DNA from: Escherichia phage EAWsc9
Direction: 5' to 3' (one strand)
Sequence record: PQ341120.1
DNA length: 64,000 bases
Below the pieces are notes generated by a model. The model was not told the origin of the DNA, searched no databases, and saw nothing but the letters and a program-made list of their open reading frames with translations. Shown one piece after another: positions 27,094 to 36,425 of the stretch; position 1 is the stretch's first letter, and the number at the start of each line of letters is the position of its first letter. Both the position numbers and the translations under genes were made by a program.

Positions 27094-27280
27094 AGATTGC
27101 ACTCCAAAAATTATGGAATCTTATAGTATTGATAGCCCAGTTAACAAACCCGCGAGTTTGTTTGGGAGTTGGTTTGCATATGTACTTATTGTTGATTCGT
27201 CTGCCAGTTTCCCGACAGACTGCTTCGAGATACCAGCGCCGACCTTTATTAGGTCTTCCGTATGATAAGAAGACCTTCAT
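27092..27280 (-). CDS. Hypothetical small basic Cys-containing protein
   Basis: ORF 27092..27334 trimmed to internal ATG to avoid 47 nt overlap. Confidence 0.3.
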   Translation of the reverse strand: MKVFLSYGRPNKGRRWYLEAVCRETGRRINNKYICKPTPKQTRGFVNWAINTIRFHNFWSAI

Positions 27281-27287
27281 TTCTTCA

Positions 27288-28298
27288 TTAACGATAATAG
27301 GAATTGTGGTTGTCAAGATATACCTCTTCAACAAACTTGTCCCAGAACTTCATGTCTACCTTATCAGGCATACCATTCTTAGCAGCCTGGATGGCCAGAA
27401 CTTCAACTAAATCGACAGTATCTTCAAGAAGTTCTTGAACTTCTTTAAATGGCAATTCACCAGCTTTAATCAGCTTAATGATAGAGGCTTCACGCAATGG
27501 GAATACCAAGTCACCCGTTTGGTAGATTTCCATCAATTGATACCCTGCACGATAAGCATGGCTCAGTGCTTTCCAATCAATACCTTCGTTAGCTTCTGCT
27601 TTACGAGCACGTTCACCATATTCGGCGTCGAGTTTATTCAGAGATTGCTTGAGCTCGATTAATGACAGAGTAGTTTGGTATTTACGACCGAGGACAGTAT
27701 AGAACGTTTGAGGACCTGTTTTCTCATGGTTATGAAATACCCATTCGCAGAACTCGTTTTCAGGGAGTCTGTGTTTGATATCTTCTACCTTAGTACGTCG
27801 TTGCTTAGCGGAACCATCTTCTTGATAGTCAACCCATTGTTCAGGAATCTGGTTAACAATTTCCAATACACCACGCAGTGCAGCCAATCGAGAACCTTTA
27901 ACACCATATTTGGAAGCTTGCTTACGGACGTACCCCAAATAGGCTTTCATGTTAGTTGTATAGAACCGTGAACGGTTGTCCTGAATAAACTTCCATACAT
28001 CTGGTAAATCGGATTTGACTATCAGGTCAGCCGGGGTGTGAATCATATCCAGAGCAACGGTTTCGCCATCAGCCGCCAGTTTAAAGAAATATTTCAGACT
28101 ATAAAGTTCATGGTCAACATCATCTTTTGTATTTTTGGTAGCCGTGTTATTCGTGTTCAGGTTGGTATGGTTCATCGCGGTTCCGAGCAGGATATCTCGC
28201 GGATGAGGAACAAAGATTTCTTTAAAATCGACATCAGATTCCGGGGTACTTGTTCCATAAAGATGGCTACCGAAGTAGCCTTTCATAATAGCTTTCAT
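27288..28298 (-). CDS. Putative Pol-beta-superfamily nucleotidyltransferase
   Basis: ORF 27288..28328 (non-ATG start codon) trimmed to ATG with GAGGA upstream; N-terminal motif GSHLYGTSTPESDVDF resembles the G[GS]-x9-13-DhD NTase signature. Confidence 0.45.
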   Translation of the reverse strand: MKAIMKGYFGSHLYGTSTPESDVDFKEIFVPHPRDILLGTAMNHTNLNTNNTATKNTKDDVDHELYSLKYFFKLAADGETVALDMIHTPADLIVKSDLPDVWKFIQDNRSRFYTTNMKAYLGYVRKQASKYGVKGSRLAALRGVLEIVNQIPEQWVDYQEDGSAKQRRTKVEDIKHRLPENEFCEWVFHNHEKTGPQTFYTVLGRKYQTTLSLIELKQSLNKLDAEYGERARKAEANEGIDWKALSHAYRAGYQLMEIYQTGDLVFPLREASIIKLIKAGELPFKEVQELLEDTVDLVEVLAIQAAKNGMPDKVDMKFWDKFVEEVYLDNHNSYYR

Positions 28299-28747
28299 TC
28301 TTTGTCCTCGAAGTGGATTACTGGGCACATCTTAGATTTACGAGCTTTGATATATTGAATGAAAACATTTTCTTTAATTTCCTTTCCTTCACGTTTAGCT
28401 TTAATGCGTTCCCATTCTTTTTCTTCTTTACGTAAATCGTACCAGGCCCATAAATTCATTAGACCATACATTAGACCAAATGCTACCGTCAGAATAAGAG
28501 CCAGTGTAGCTAGTCCTAAAATAAACCCTAAGCCTAAACCGACCGGGGTGCTTAATACAAAGAAATGCTCTAATACACCTGCACCCGCGACAGTTAATCC
28601 AAAAACCATACTACCGATAAAAACGGCACAAACAAAACAAGCCCAAACCATTTTCCAGAAATAAGCACACAAAGAGTGTGGACGAGAATGACGGTCATAA
28701 AAACGGTCGTGGAAACGAGCGTGCCATGAGTTTGTATTGATAATCAT
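28295..28747 (-). CDS. Hypothetical membrane protein
   Basis: 150 aa with three or four hydrophobic helices. Confidence 0.5.
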   Translation of the reverse strand: MIINTNSWHARFHDRFYDRHSRPHSLCAYFWKMVWACFVCAVFIGSMVFGLTVAGAGVLEHFFVLSTPVGLGLGFILGLATLALILTVAFGLMYGLMNLWAWYDLRKEEKEWERIKAKREGKEIKENVFIQYIKARKSKMCPVIHFEDKE

Positions 28748-28758
28748 AATAATTTTCC

Positions 28759-29319
28759 TTAAGAGTTCATAGTTGGGATAACAGAGTTCAGATAAGAGAC
28801 TAAAACTTTTAGCTCGTCCTTAGTAAATACCACTTCACTTTCGCCGTCATGTCTTTGGACAATAGATAACAGGTCACGGCCGTTATGTTGATGCACAGTT
28901 AATTCAGTATTATAATCTAGTTCCTCTTCATCGCCTTCAAACGTTTCACTAGAGCGAATCAGTGCATCTTGTCCCGGAACTTTCCATTCAACTTCCGGTT
29001 TACATTCTTCCTGGAAGAGTTTGAAAATACAATCAAAGAATTTATCAGAATCGCTAATGCTCAGGCATTCTATACCATTTTCCAGATTAAACCCATTTTC
29101 ATTTTTATAGATATAAGCGTATAGCTCATCGTTAATATCGACAGGAGCACTATTACGTCCATTGAGATAGTCAGCTCTATCCAAAACCATTAAATCATAA
29201 AGTGGTTTAATATCTTGGATAGTCAGTACGATTTTATCGTCTTCTTGGCAAAGCTCGATTGCGTTATTAACCACTTCAGCAGTCAGTTCGCCAAACAATT
29301 CAGTTGTTTCAATAATCAT
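28759..29319 (-). CDS. Hypothetical acidic protein
   Basis: 186 aa ORF. Confidence 0.5.
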   Translation of the reverse strand: MIIETTELFGELTAEVVNNAIELCQEDDKIVLTIQDIKPLYDLMVLDRADYLNGRNSAPVDINDELYAYIYKNENGFNLENGIECLSISDSDKFFDCIFKLFQEECKPEVEWKVPGQDALIRSSETFEGDEEELDYNTELTVHQHNGRDLLSIVQRHDGESEVVFTKDELKVLVSYLNSVIPTMNS

Positions 29320-29329
29320 TTTCTGTTCC

Positions 29330-29614
29330 TCAACGGTTATGTTTTAAAATACTATAAAGCGCTTCTACTTGGCTTGCATCCAGGTAAATAACATCATCAT
29401 CTTGCTCAATGGAAATCCCACCGGTATTACCTTTAACAAAATTACATTCGCATACTTCAACTGGGCGGTATACGTCACCAACTGGATGCTCAGGCTCCAG
29501 AACAATCACACCATTTTCAGAATTACCGCTTGGGTCATATAACATTACATTTTCCTCACTAACCACGAAAAGAATAAACCGATTAAAATAGGACCTATAA
29601 TCATTGTTGACCAA
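29330..29614 (-). CDS. Hypothetical protein
   Basis: 94 aa ORF. Confidence 0.45.
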   Translation of the reverse strand: MVNNDYRSYFNRFILFVVSEENVMLYDPSGNSENGVIVLEPEHPVGDVYRPVEVCECNFVKGNTGGISIEQDDDVIYLDASQVEALYSILKHNR

Positions 29615-29636
29615 GCCCAGGGTTCTAAGTAATAAA

Positions 29637-29894
29637 TCATCTCATGCTCCTGTGCCAACAATTTCTTGGTTCACGTTTAAAAATTTCATCATGCATTGAT
29701 TGACAACCAACACAATATATCACACCTTTAATCGCTTGTCTCCGCGCTTCAGGAATTTTTTCGTCGCAGTCAAAACAGAATTCAGCAGACTCCCTTTCAA
29801 CTGCAACTTGTGCTCGTGCGTGAACGATAGCGGCTTGGACAACCGCTTCCATCTCTAACTGTTCAGCACCATCTTTTGCAAATCCAACAGCCAT
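29637..29894 (-). CDS. TraR/DksA-type C4 zinc-finger protein
   Basis: 85 aa; CFDCDEKIPEARRQAIKGVIYCVGC matches CxxC-x17-CxxC of TraR/DksA family. Confidence 0.5.
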   Translation of the reverse strand: MAVGFAKDGAEQLEMEAVVQAAIVHARAQVAVERESAEFCFDCDEKIPEARRQAIKGVIYCVGCQSMHDEIFKREPRNCWHRSMR

Positions 29895-30076
29895 TATTCT
29901 TTCAACTCATTCAGATAAGCAATTAATTCTTCTTTAGAACTATTCAAATCACGCTTGCACTGTTCTATTCCAGAATATGAATAACCTTCACAATATTCAA
30001 CAGCCAGGTCATTGGATGCATTTTCAATGTGCCAGGCGAGTTTGATAATTTTTTCAATCTGTTCAGTAGTTAACAT
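29894..30076 (-). CDS. Hypothetical small protein
   Basis: 60 aa ORF. Confidence 0.4.
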   Translation of the reverse strand: MLTTEQIEKIIKLAWHIENASNDLAVEYCEGYSYSGIEQCKRDLNSSKEELIAYLNELKE

Positions 30077-30314
30077 AATATCACCAGTATTTTTTGATGG
30101 TAGAAATTAATTCTTGGACTTGAGTAGTCTTCAGCTTACACCCACAACCCTTTAAGGTATCTTTAAGGAGCCATGGTTCCTTGAGCTCATCCTTTTCCAG
30201 GCGAATTCTATATCCGCGGTAATCAGCAAATATGCTTCCGTCATCAAATATCTTAATTTCAAGAATATGATTATTGGTTTCATATTCTTGAAACCATGGT
30301 ATTTGTAAGTTTCA

Positions 30315-30521
30315 TTATTCCACCACATATGATAATGAGAAAATTGCTGATGAAAGATGGGTAGCATCTTCTTCACACAGTTCAAATGGAGCTTTCTGTA
30401 AGAGTTCAACCACTTCTTCATCAGTGGCACTGTCCATAAAGATTGCATAATCATTAAGATAGATAACAACCTCATCACCAGTATTAACTGCATCAATCTT
30501 GATATTTTTAATTCTCATCAT
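30315..30521 (-). CDS. Hypothetical small acidic protein
   Basis: 68 aa; preferred over overlapping low-complexity frame 30152..30496. Confidence 0.45.
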   Translation of the reverse strand: MMRIKNIKIDAVNTGDEVVIYLNDYAIFMDSATDEEVVELLQKAPFELCEEDATHLSSAIFSLSYVVE

Positions 30522-30546
30522 GTTCTCCTCAGTAGTTGATGGGATA

Positions 30547-30576
30547 ATAGTACACCCTTTTTATGAGGATGTAAAC
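30547..30576 (-). promoter_or_regulatory. Early sigma70-type promoter (GTTTAC-18-TACTAT)
   Basis: Followed by conserved leader tcccatcaactactgaggag. Confidence 0.4.
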
Positions 30577-30588
30577 CCCCTAAATGAA

Positions 30589-30616
30589 AAAAGGTCCACC
30601 CGAAGGCAGACCTTTT
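30589..30616 (-). terminator. Rho-independent terminator with UUCG-containing loop
   Basis: Minus strand aaaaggtctgccTTCGggtggacctttt followed by U-rich tract; directly after stop of 30620..31003. Confidence 0.5.
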
Positions 30617-30619
30617 GAA

Positions 30620-31003
30620 TTACTCTAGTGTTAACAGATACTTAGTCTGAAAGAAAACTCCAACGATATCGTCCAGAGTCGATTGAATAGCCTTAGGTAC
30701 AACTTTATAGACTCTTTCCGAGCTTTTAATCATTTCATCTAAAAACAAAATTGTATCTTTCGGCAAGTCCGAGGCGGACGGTAATGCAGCTTTGTATTGT
30801 TTCCCGCTGTAACCTAACCATTGCTCACTGAACTGGTCGAGTGGACCTTGGATTTCTGTGAAGTAGAAATCATAAGCTTTATGGCGGGCGTAACTTTTGG
30901 TTTCAAGATGGGCAGATTTAAAATAAGCCAAAGAGACTAACAACCACCCAATATATGAATCCACCTCAGACCCACGACCCGTTACGAAATCATCAAATTT
31001 CAT
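30620..31003 (-). CDS. Hypothetical protein (rI.-1 position)
   Basis: 127 aa ORF adjacent to rI. Confidence 0.5.
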   Translation of the reverse strand: MKFDDFVTGRGSEVDSYIGWLLVSLAYFKSAHLETKSYARHKAYDFYFTEIQGPLDQFSEQWLGYSGKQYKAALPSASDLPKDTILFLDEMIKSSERVYKVVPKAIQSTLDDIVGVFFQTKYLLTLE

Positions 31004-31286
31004 CTTCCAATTTTACCTTCATTAATTTAGCGTATTCGACTGCAGCAGCACGGCCATCAATTTGACATGTGATTTCATTTACACATTGGCTCTTATTGTT
31101 CCATTCAGTTTTAATAAAAGCCCAAAATTGTTCGGACTGCTCGACGCTTGGTTCTTTGAATTGCGAATAGATTTGCATCGCACTATCTGCATACTGGGTA
31201 AATTTACCATCTGTCGCAGAGGACATATTTGGGCCTAAACAGCCCATTAGTAATAGACTTAGAGAAAGTCCTCGAATAAGGTCCAT
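30993..31286 (-). CDS. rI: Lysis-inhibition regulator RI (antiholin)
   Basis: 97 aa from internal ATG with AAGGAG; signal-anchor then SVEQSEQFWAFIKTEW...C..C...AAAVEYAKLMKVKLEDEI, colinear with T4 RI C-terminal domain; located just upstream of tk as in T4. Confidence 0.75.
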   Translation of the reverse strand: MDLIRGLSLSLLLMGCLGPNMSSATDGKFTQYADSAMQIYSQFKEPSVEQSEQFWAFIKTEWNNKSQCVNEITCQIDGRAAAVEYAKLMKVKLEDEI

Positions 31287-31360
31287 AAAGGACTCCTTAT
31301 TGTTGGTCATGATTACGCTTTGCAGCCTTAACATAGCGGAATACTAGTTAGTAACTGTAT

Positions 31361-31636
31361 TTATAATCTTTTAAATTTGAAGCAATACATTGCAAATAAA
31401 TCAGAAAAATGTCTATCAACCCATATTCTTTGCACTGGACTAGTAACAGTCAGCATATAATGTGATTTTTGTAAATTTATTCCATTTTTATTCGGGCATT
31501 CTTTATTAACAGAATGGTACGTGCTTGCTACTATTTCAATTTCCCTTTCATATCTCTCGCTATCTGTTTGTGTGGGAATAAATGCAATTCCAGCAATAAC
31601 AAAAATAGAGATATACGTCCAAACCTTGTATACCAT
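31361..31636 (-). CDS. Hypothetical secreted/membrane-anchored protein (rI.1 position)
   Basis: 91 aa with N-terminal hydrophobic segment. Confidence 0.5.
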   Translation of the reverse strand: MVYKVWTYISIFVIAGIAFIPTQTDSERYEREIEIVASTYHSVNKECPNKNGINLQKSHYMLTVTSPVQRIWVDRHFSDLFAMYCFKFKRL

Positions 31637-31643
31637 GCGAACC

Positions 31644-32216
31644 TCAGCTTGTTAATTCGAGCCAATGTTTTCTGCATAAAGATACGTACGATTCATTCCC
31701 ACCGACTAACACTTGCTCGCCGTCCTTTACAGCAGCACCGTCGATTACTCTCGCGGTCATGGTTGCTTTCCGGCCGCAATGACAGACGCCCTTTAATTCA
31801 ACCAGTTTATCCGAAATAGCCAGAAGTCTGGCTGAACCGGGAAATAATTGACCCCGAAAATCTGTTCTTAACCCGTAACACATAACGGGGATATTGTAAT
31901 TATCAACCACTTGAGCTAACTGGTCAATTTGCTCTGGTAACAAAAATTGAGCTTCATCGACCAGGACACAGTGGATATCCTTTTGAGACTCGGCCCATTT
32001 ATAGAATTCAAACAGGTTCATGTCGGCCGTTACCAGGTTTGCTTCCTGGCTAATACCAATACGTGATTTAATTTCAGATTCCGAGTCCCGATTATCAATA
32101 ACAGGTTTTAGCAAAAGCACGCTCATTCCACGCTCTTTATAGGAATAAGCTGCAGTCAGCAATGAAGCTGTTTTGCCTGCATTCATTGCTGCGTAATGAT
32201 AAATTAAACTCGCCAT
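31644..32216 (-). CDS. tk: Thymidine kinase
   Basis: 190 aa; P-loop AAMNAGKT, C-terminal zinc ribbon CHCGRKA; similar to T4 Tk. Confidence 0.92.
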   Translation of the reverse strand: MASLIYHYAAMNAGKTASLLTAAYSYKERGMSVLLLKPVIDNRDSESEIKSRIGISQEANLVTADMNLFEFYKWAESQKDIHCVLVDEAQFLLPEQIDQLAQVVDNYNIPVMCYGLRTDFRGQLFPGSARLLAISDKLVELKGVCHCGRKATMTARVIDGAAVKDGEQVLVGGNESYVSLCRKHWLELTS

Positions 32217-32225
32217 ATCACCTTC

Positions 32226-32411
32226 TTAAAGCGTATTCACATAAGCTATTAATTCGTTTTCTTTCGCATCAAATCGATTAGCAAATTCTTCTTGCTGTTC
32301 GGGAGATAGCGGGCCATATTCATCGTAAAAAGCGTTTGCTTCTGCATGCTCTTCTAAAAGCTCATGGATAAGCTCAAACAATCTACTTTTCTGACTAATA
32401 CTTAAACTCAT
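32226..32411 (-). CDS. Hypothetical small acidic protein
   Basis: 61 aa ORF. Confidence 0.4.
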   Translation of the reverse strand: MSLSISQKSRLFELIHELLEEHAEANAFYDEYGPLSPEQQEEFANRFDAKENELIAYVNTL

Positions 32412-32614
32412 TTCGGTTCACCATATCGCACAAATTTAGGATGTTCGCAATAACCAGAATGAAAACCTTCGCCTTTATGGTTAATGCACCCTTTATTGGA
32501 ACAGTACCACCAGTAATCGAATTCGCAATTCATTTCATCATTGCATAAAGCTGCGATTACTGGCCATTCGCATTTTTCACATTTGGCCGTTTTAAGAATT
32601 CGGGCTTGGCTCAT
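32408..32614 (-). CDS. Hypothetical Cys-rich small protein
   Basis: 68 aa with eight Cys. Confidence 0.45.
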   Translation of the reverse strand: MSQARILKTAKCEKCEWPVIAALCNDEMNCEFDYWWYCSNKGCINHKGEGFHSGYCEHPKFVRYGEPK

Positions 32615-32773
32615 AATTCAATTCCGTCCATAGCCAAAATTCTTTTTCGTTGGGCCTTGAGAGCTTCATTAGCCCGGTCATAATCTTCTTGACTACCGCT
32701 AGGCTGTAAAGCCGCTACTTTTTTGGCCAAGTGAATAAGCTTATCCAAGTTTTCAACAATACGTTCTTGTTCT

Positions 32774-33238
32774 TCATTCAGTCTCATAATCCACCACTAT
32801 TAAATCAATATCAGGAGTAAACATGTCGATTAATTTAGAAACCTTTTCCCAATCTCCACCTGCAATACCACAACCAATGCGAGGAATGTAAATTACCGGT
32901 TTAAACAAAAGGGTTTCTGCTTGTAGATTTAATTCTATCATACAATTTACTAAAGCACCATAATCAAGATTAGGGCCCGGTTCATATTGGGTGTACAAAT
33001 TATAACACATACCAAACCCAGTAGGTTTATGTTTAAAAACAATAGACATATCGCCTAATTTATCACGAGAACCATATTCAGTAGTGGTTTTATCTATTTC
33101 TAAAACTTTTGGATAAGCCTTCGCCAACTGTCCAGCTACACCAGAACCCATTGTGTGGAAGCAGTTGCAACCATGAGCAATAATATTGCCTTGAAGAAAG
33201 AGGGCGACGATATCGCCCTTAATATACTGGGTAATCAT
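32774..33238 (-). CDS. Macro-domain protein (ADP-ribose binding/processing fold)
   Basis: 154 aa; KGDIVAL...N-x5-GSGVAG and IPRIGCGIAGG align with macro-domain GDIT / N-x5-GGGV / G-I/V-x-G motifs. Confidence 0.5.
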   Translation of the reverse strand: MITQYIKGDIVALFLQGNIIAHGCNCFHTMGSGVAGQLAKAYPKVLEIDKTTTEYGSRDKLGDMSIVFKHKPTGFGMCYNLYTQYEPGPNLDYGALVNCMIELNLQAETLLFKPVIYIPRIGCGIAGGDWEKVSKLIDMFTPDIDLIVVDYETE

Positions 33239-33594
33239 TTAGAGTTCAATCCTCTATTATATGAATCCACTAACCTGTCAACCATACTGGTGCAGGCCGC
33301 CTTATATTTTGCACTTGAAAGAATGCAATCCATTTCAAATAATTTCTTTTCATATTTGTTGGATAATACATTCTTTTTCAAAAGTGTATGTTCAACATCA
33401 TTTTGACCATCTTTATATGCCGCGGTGAGCTTGGCGCTGAACTGGATTACACAATCCACATTGCTTGGTGCGCAATAATCTTTAGCCGTCCTCGTTGCAT
33501 ATTCTATGATGCTGTTGTTGTCATCGCTCTGTACTGAAGCTATTCCTCCCATGCTGAATACTAACCCTATGGCTAAAGTGATAACTCTTACCAT
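33235..33594 (-). CDS. Hypothetical secreted protein
   Basis: 119 aa with cleavable-looking signal peptide. Confidence 0.5.
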   Translation of the reverse strand: MVRVITLAIGLVFSMGGIASVQSDDNNSIIEYATRTAKDYCAPSNVDCVIQFSAKLTAAYKDGQNDVEHTLLKKNVLSNKYEKKLFEMDCILSSAKYKAACTSMVDRLVDSYNRGLNSK

Positions 33595-33596
33595 TT

Positions 33597-34139
33597 TTAA
33601 TCCACCGTTTTTAATAGGCCTCGTGATTTTAAGTAGTTAGCTTTTTCTAGGACCTGTGAAGCATACGTATTACCAGCTTTCACATTCCATCCTGCGTTAT
33701 ATGATGATAGTGTTTTCCTTATATCCCCCTTATGAATATTCAACCAGTATGAAAGCTCAATGTAAGCCCAGCGTGCACTGTTCTCTCTCTTGCTTATCAT
33801 TTTGATTATTTCTTTATCTGTCATTGTCCACCCAACCTGTTTCACGCGTTCGCGCACGGTTGGAAGATAATTTTGGAATATACCATATGCATGATGCTTA
33901 TCTTTATTTAATCCAGTATTAATCCCAGCAGAACTCTCCTGCCAGGTTAAACCAGCCATGATATATCCCAAACCATTATGTTGGTGCGGATTTTCTTTGT
34001 ACTTACCATTTTTCTGGAACTGTTCTCCAAACGCATAAGCATATTGGAGGTTTTCCATTTGTTCATTACTGAAAGTAGGCTCTACGCTATGGGCAGACAT
34101 ACTAACTGTCAATAGTAAGGTGGCGATTACTTTTTTCAT
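33597..34139 (-). CDS. Secreted lytic-transglycosylase-like protein (SLT-like)
   Basis: 180 aa; signal peptide MKKVIATLLLTVSMSAHS; catalytic-type E-S...AYGIFQ motif. Confidence 0.45.
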   Translation of the reverse strand: MKKVIATLLLTVSMSAHSVEPTFSNEQMENLQYAYAFGEQFQKNGKYKENPHQHNGLGYIMAGLTWQESSAGINTGLNKDKHHAYGIFQNYLPTVRERVKQVGWTMTDKEIIKMISKRENSARWAYIELSYWLNIHKGDIRKTLSSYNAGWNVKAGNTYASQVLEKANYLKSRGLLKTVD

Positions 34140-34149
34140 GAATTCCCCA

Positions 34150-34608
34150 TTAGATATAAATCACTTTTGTGCTAATTTTTCCTTCCAGACGATTAGAGTT
34201 AACAAACGCCATACGACAACACATGGTCGGAGACTTCCCAGGAATAGCGGGGTTAACTGTCATTCCTAACCATAGGTTCTTGTCCGTGATTTCCAGACGA
34301 AGTGGACGGTAGTTCACATTCGGGTCAATTTGTGCTTCAACTTCCGGGAGTGGTTTCATCTCCAAGAATTCAACGATTTCTTTTACATGTGGTGTGATTT
34401 TTCCAAACAAGTCAAAAACATATTGTTCATCAATTTCACGTTGGATTGCACGGTCCAACAGGTGCGGACTGTACTTAATGAAGAATGCTTCAAGGCCTGC
34501 TTCTTTACAAGCCTTGTTGATAGCATTATTAATTTTGAGGAACTCCGTTTCAAAAATGCGACGAAGTTTATTGCGGCGAATGTAAACACTTGAATCGATA
34601 GTAGTCAT
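34150..34608 (-). CDS. regB: RegB endoribonuclease
   Basis: 152 aa from internal ATG with AGGAG; MTTIDSSVYIRRNKLRRIFETEF...HLLDRAIQREIDE colinear with T4 RegB. Confidence 0.88.
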   Translation of the reverse strand: MTTIDSSVYIRRNKLRRIFETEFLKINNAINKACKEAGLEAFFIKYSPHLLDRAIQREIDEQYVFDLFGKITPHVKEIVEFLEMKPLPEVEAQIDPNVNYRPLRLEITDKNLWLGMTVNPAIPGKSPTMCCRMAFVNSNRLEGKISTKVIYI

Positions 34609-34664
34609 GATTATCTCCTTTTGTTTGATGGGATAATCATAACTCATTTCAATCTGCTTGTACA

Positions 34665-35244
<580 letters not shown>

Positions 35245-35248
<4 letters not shown>

Positions 35249-35463
35249 TTCACTTCCTCATCAGATGCAGTATCATATTCTACCAAACGAAGGCCATCAT
35301 ATCCGCCACGAACAGAGATATACGTACTCGGATAAACAATTTCTTTACCATTCCATTGGCCACCGTCCCAACATTCCATAAAGCCTTGTTCGCCCTGTTC
35401 GTGGAACCAGTCAACAAACAGCTTCAGAGCTTCTTCAGAACCTTCAATTGTCAATTTAGACAT
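35245..35463 (-). CDS. Hypothetical acidic small protein
   Basis: 72 aa ORF. Confidence 0.5.
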
Positions 35464-35752
35464 ATTTTTTCCAATCAGAAATCATATGAATCTCTTGGTC
35501 ATAAGTCAAGAGACTACGAGTAATAATACCCTTACAAGGCCCAGAGATGAACTCGAGAGTAAAGTAAGGAACCTGTTTCATTAATCGGATACTTGGAGCA
35601 TGACATCTAAAACGAGAGCCCTTAAAGGGCCCCGACATGAATACATATTCTAATGGATAGAAATAAGCATATTCAAAATTTGTAGTAAGGTCCTCTCTTC
35701 GGACCTTACGTGAGAAATAGCAGAACTCAAAAAGTTCTTCATCAGTCATCAT
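35456..35752 (-). CDS. Hypothetical protein
   Basis: 98 aa ORF. Confidence 0.5.
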   Translation of the reverse strand: MMTDEELFEFCYFSRKVRREDLTTNFEYAYFYPLEYVFMSGPFKGSRFRCHAPSIRLMKQVPYFTLEFISGPCKGIITRSLLTYDQEIHMISDWKKYV

Positions 35753-36276
35753 TGCATTCCTATCACAAAGAACAGTGGCAGAGGTTTAGAACCTTGGCAC
35801 ATAAATTTATTCATCATTGTCTGATAAGCTTCATAGAACTTATCCATCGCTGGTAGGCGAATAGGCTCTTCAATAATAATCAATAATCGGGTAACAGATA
35901 GTCCACGGTACTTGTGAAAATTATCTTCGTCTAAAAATGAACGAACAGTATCATATACAACAAACCCCGGTCGTTCAACATTAAGATGTGGTTGAGCTTT
36001 AGAAACCCGTTTTATTATATTACAGATTTCTCGTGAGCGATGCGAAGAACTCGACATAACAATCACATCATTACCCTTAGAAACCCAATCCACAGCAAAC
36101 TGTGCAATGGCACTTGTTTTACCTGTTTGTCTTCCGCCGTCAAGTCTAAGAGTACCAAACTCTTGCATTCTTGAAGCGGGTTCATACCAGGCGTATTGGT
36201 CTGAATCTAAGCGTTCAATGGCGCGTTCAGCGAAGGCGTGCATTAAGGTTAGATAAATTGGAGTTAAAAATTTCAT
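35749..36276 (-). CDS. Small P-loop NTPase-like protein
   Basis: 175 aa; Walker A-like GGRQTGKTS and hydrophobic-D/E stretch LLIIIEE. Confidence 0.45.
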   Translation of the reverse strand: MKFLTPIYLTLMHAFAERAIERLDSDQYAWYEPASRMQEFGTLRLDGGRQTGKTSAIAQFAVDWVSKGNDVIVMSSSSHRSREICNIIKRVSKAQPHLNVERPGFVVYDTVRSFLDEDNFHKYRGLSVTRLLIIIEEPIRLPAMDKFYEAYQTMMNKFMCQGSKPLPLFFVIGMQ

Positions 36277-36425
36277 AGTTGTCTCTTAATTGTGGGGCCG
36301 TTCCTTGGCACATTAATTCATCCCTTTCTGCATTTACCCATTACCGCACTTGGGCTCGACCTTATTACAGGTTGGTGGGAGTCCCTCACAGAATTGTGAG
36401 GTCCAGGTTGCTCCCCATTTAATTA

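Noticed and set aside
26565-27107. Two minus-strand ORFs (108 and 71 aa) overlapping the collagen-like gene
   Set aside because: Their translations are low-complexity, whereas the plus-strand frame has a strong RBS, collagen triplets and a terminator.
30152-30496. 114 aa minus-strand ORF overlapping 30315..30521
   Set aside because: N-terminal part is a hydrophobic low-complexity string in the alternative frame of a more protein-like 68 aa ORF; a shorter 43 aa gene from an internal ATG (30152..30283) remains possible.
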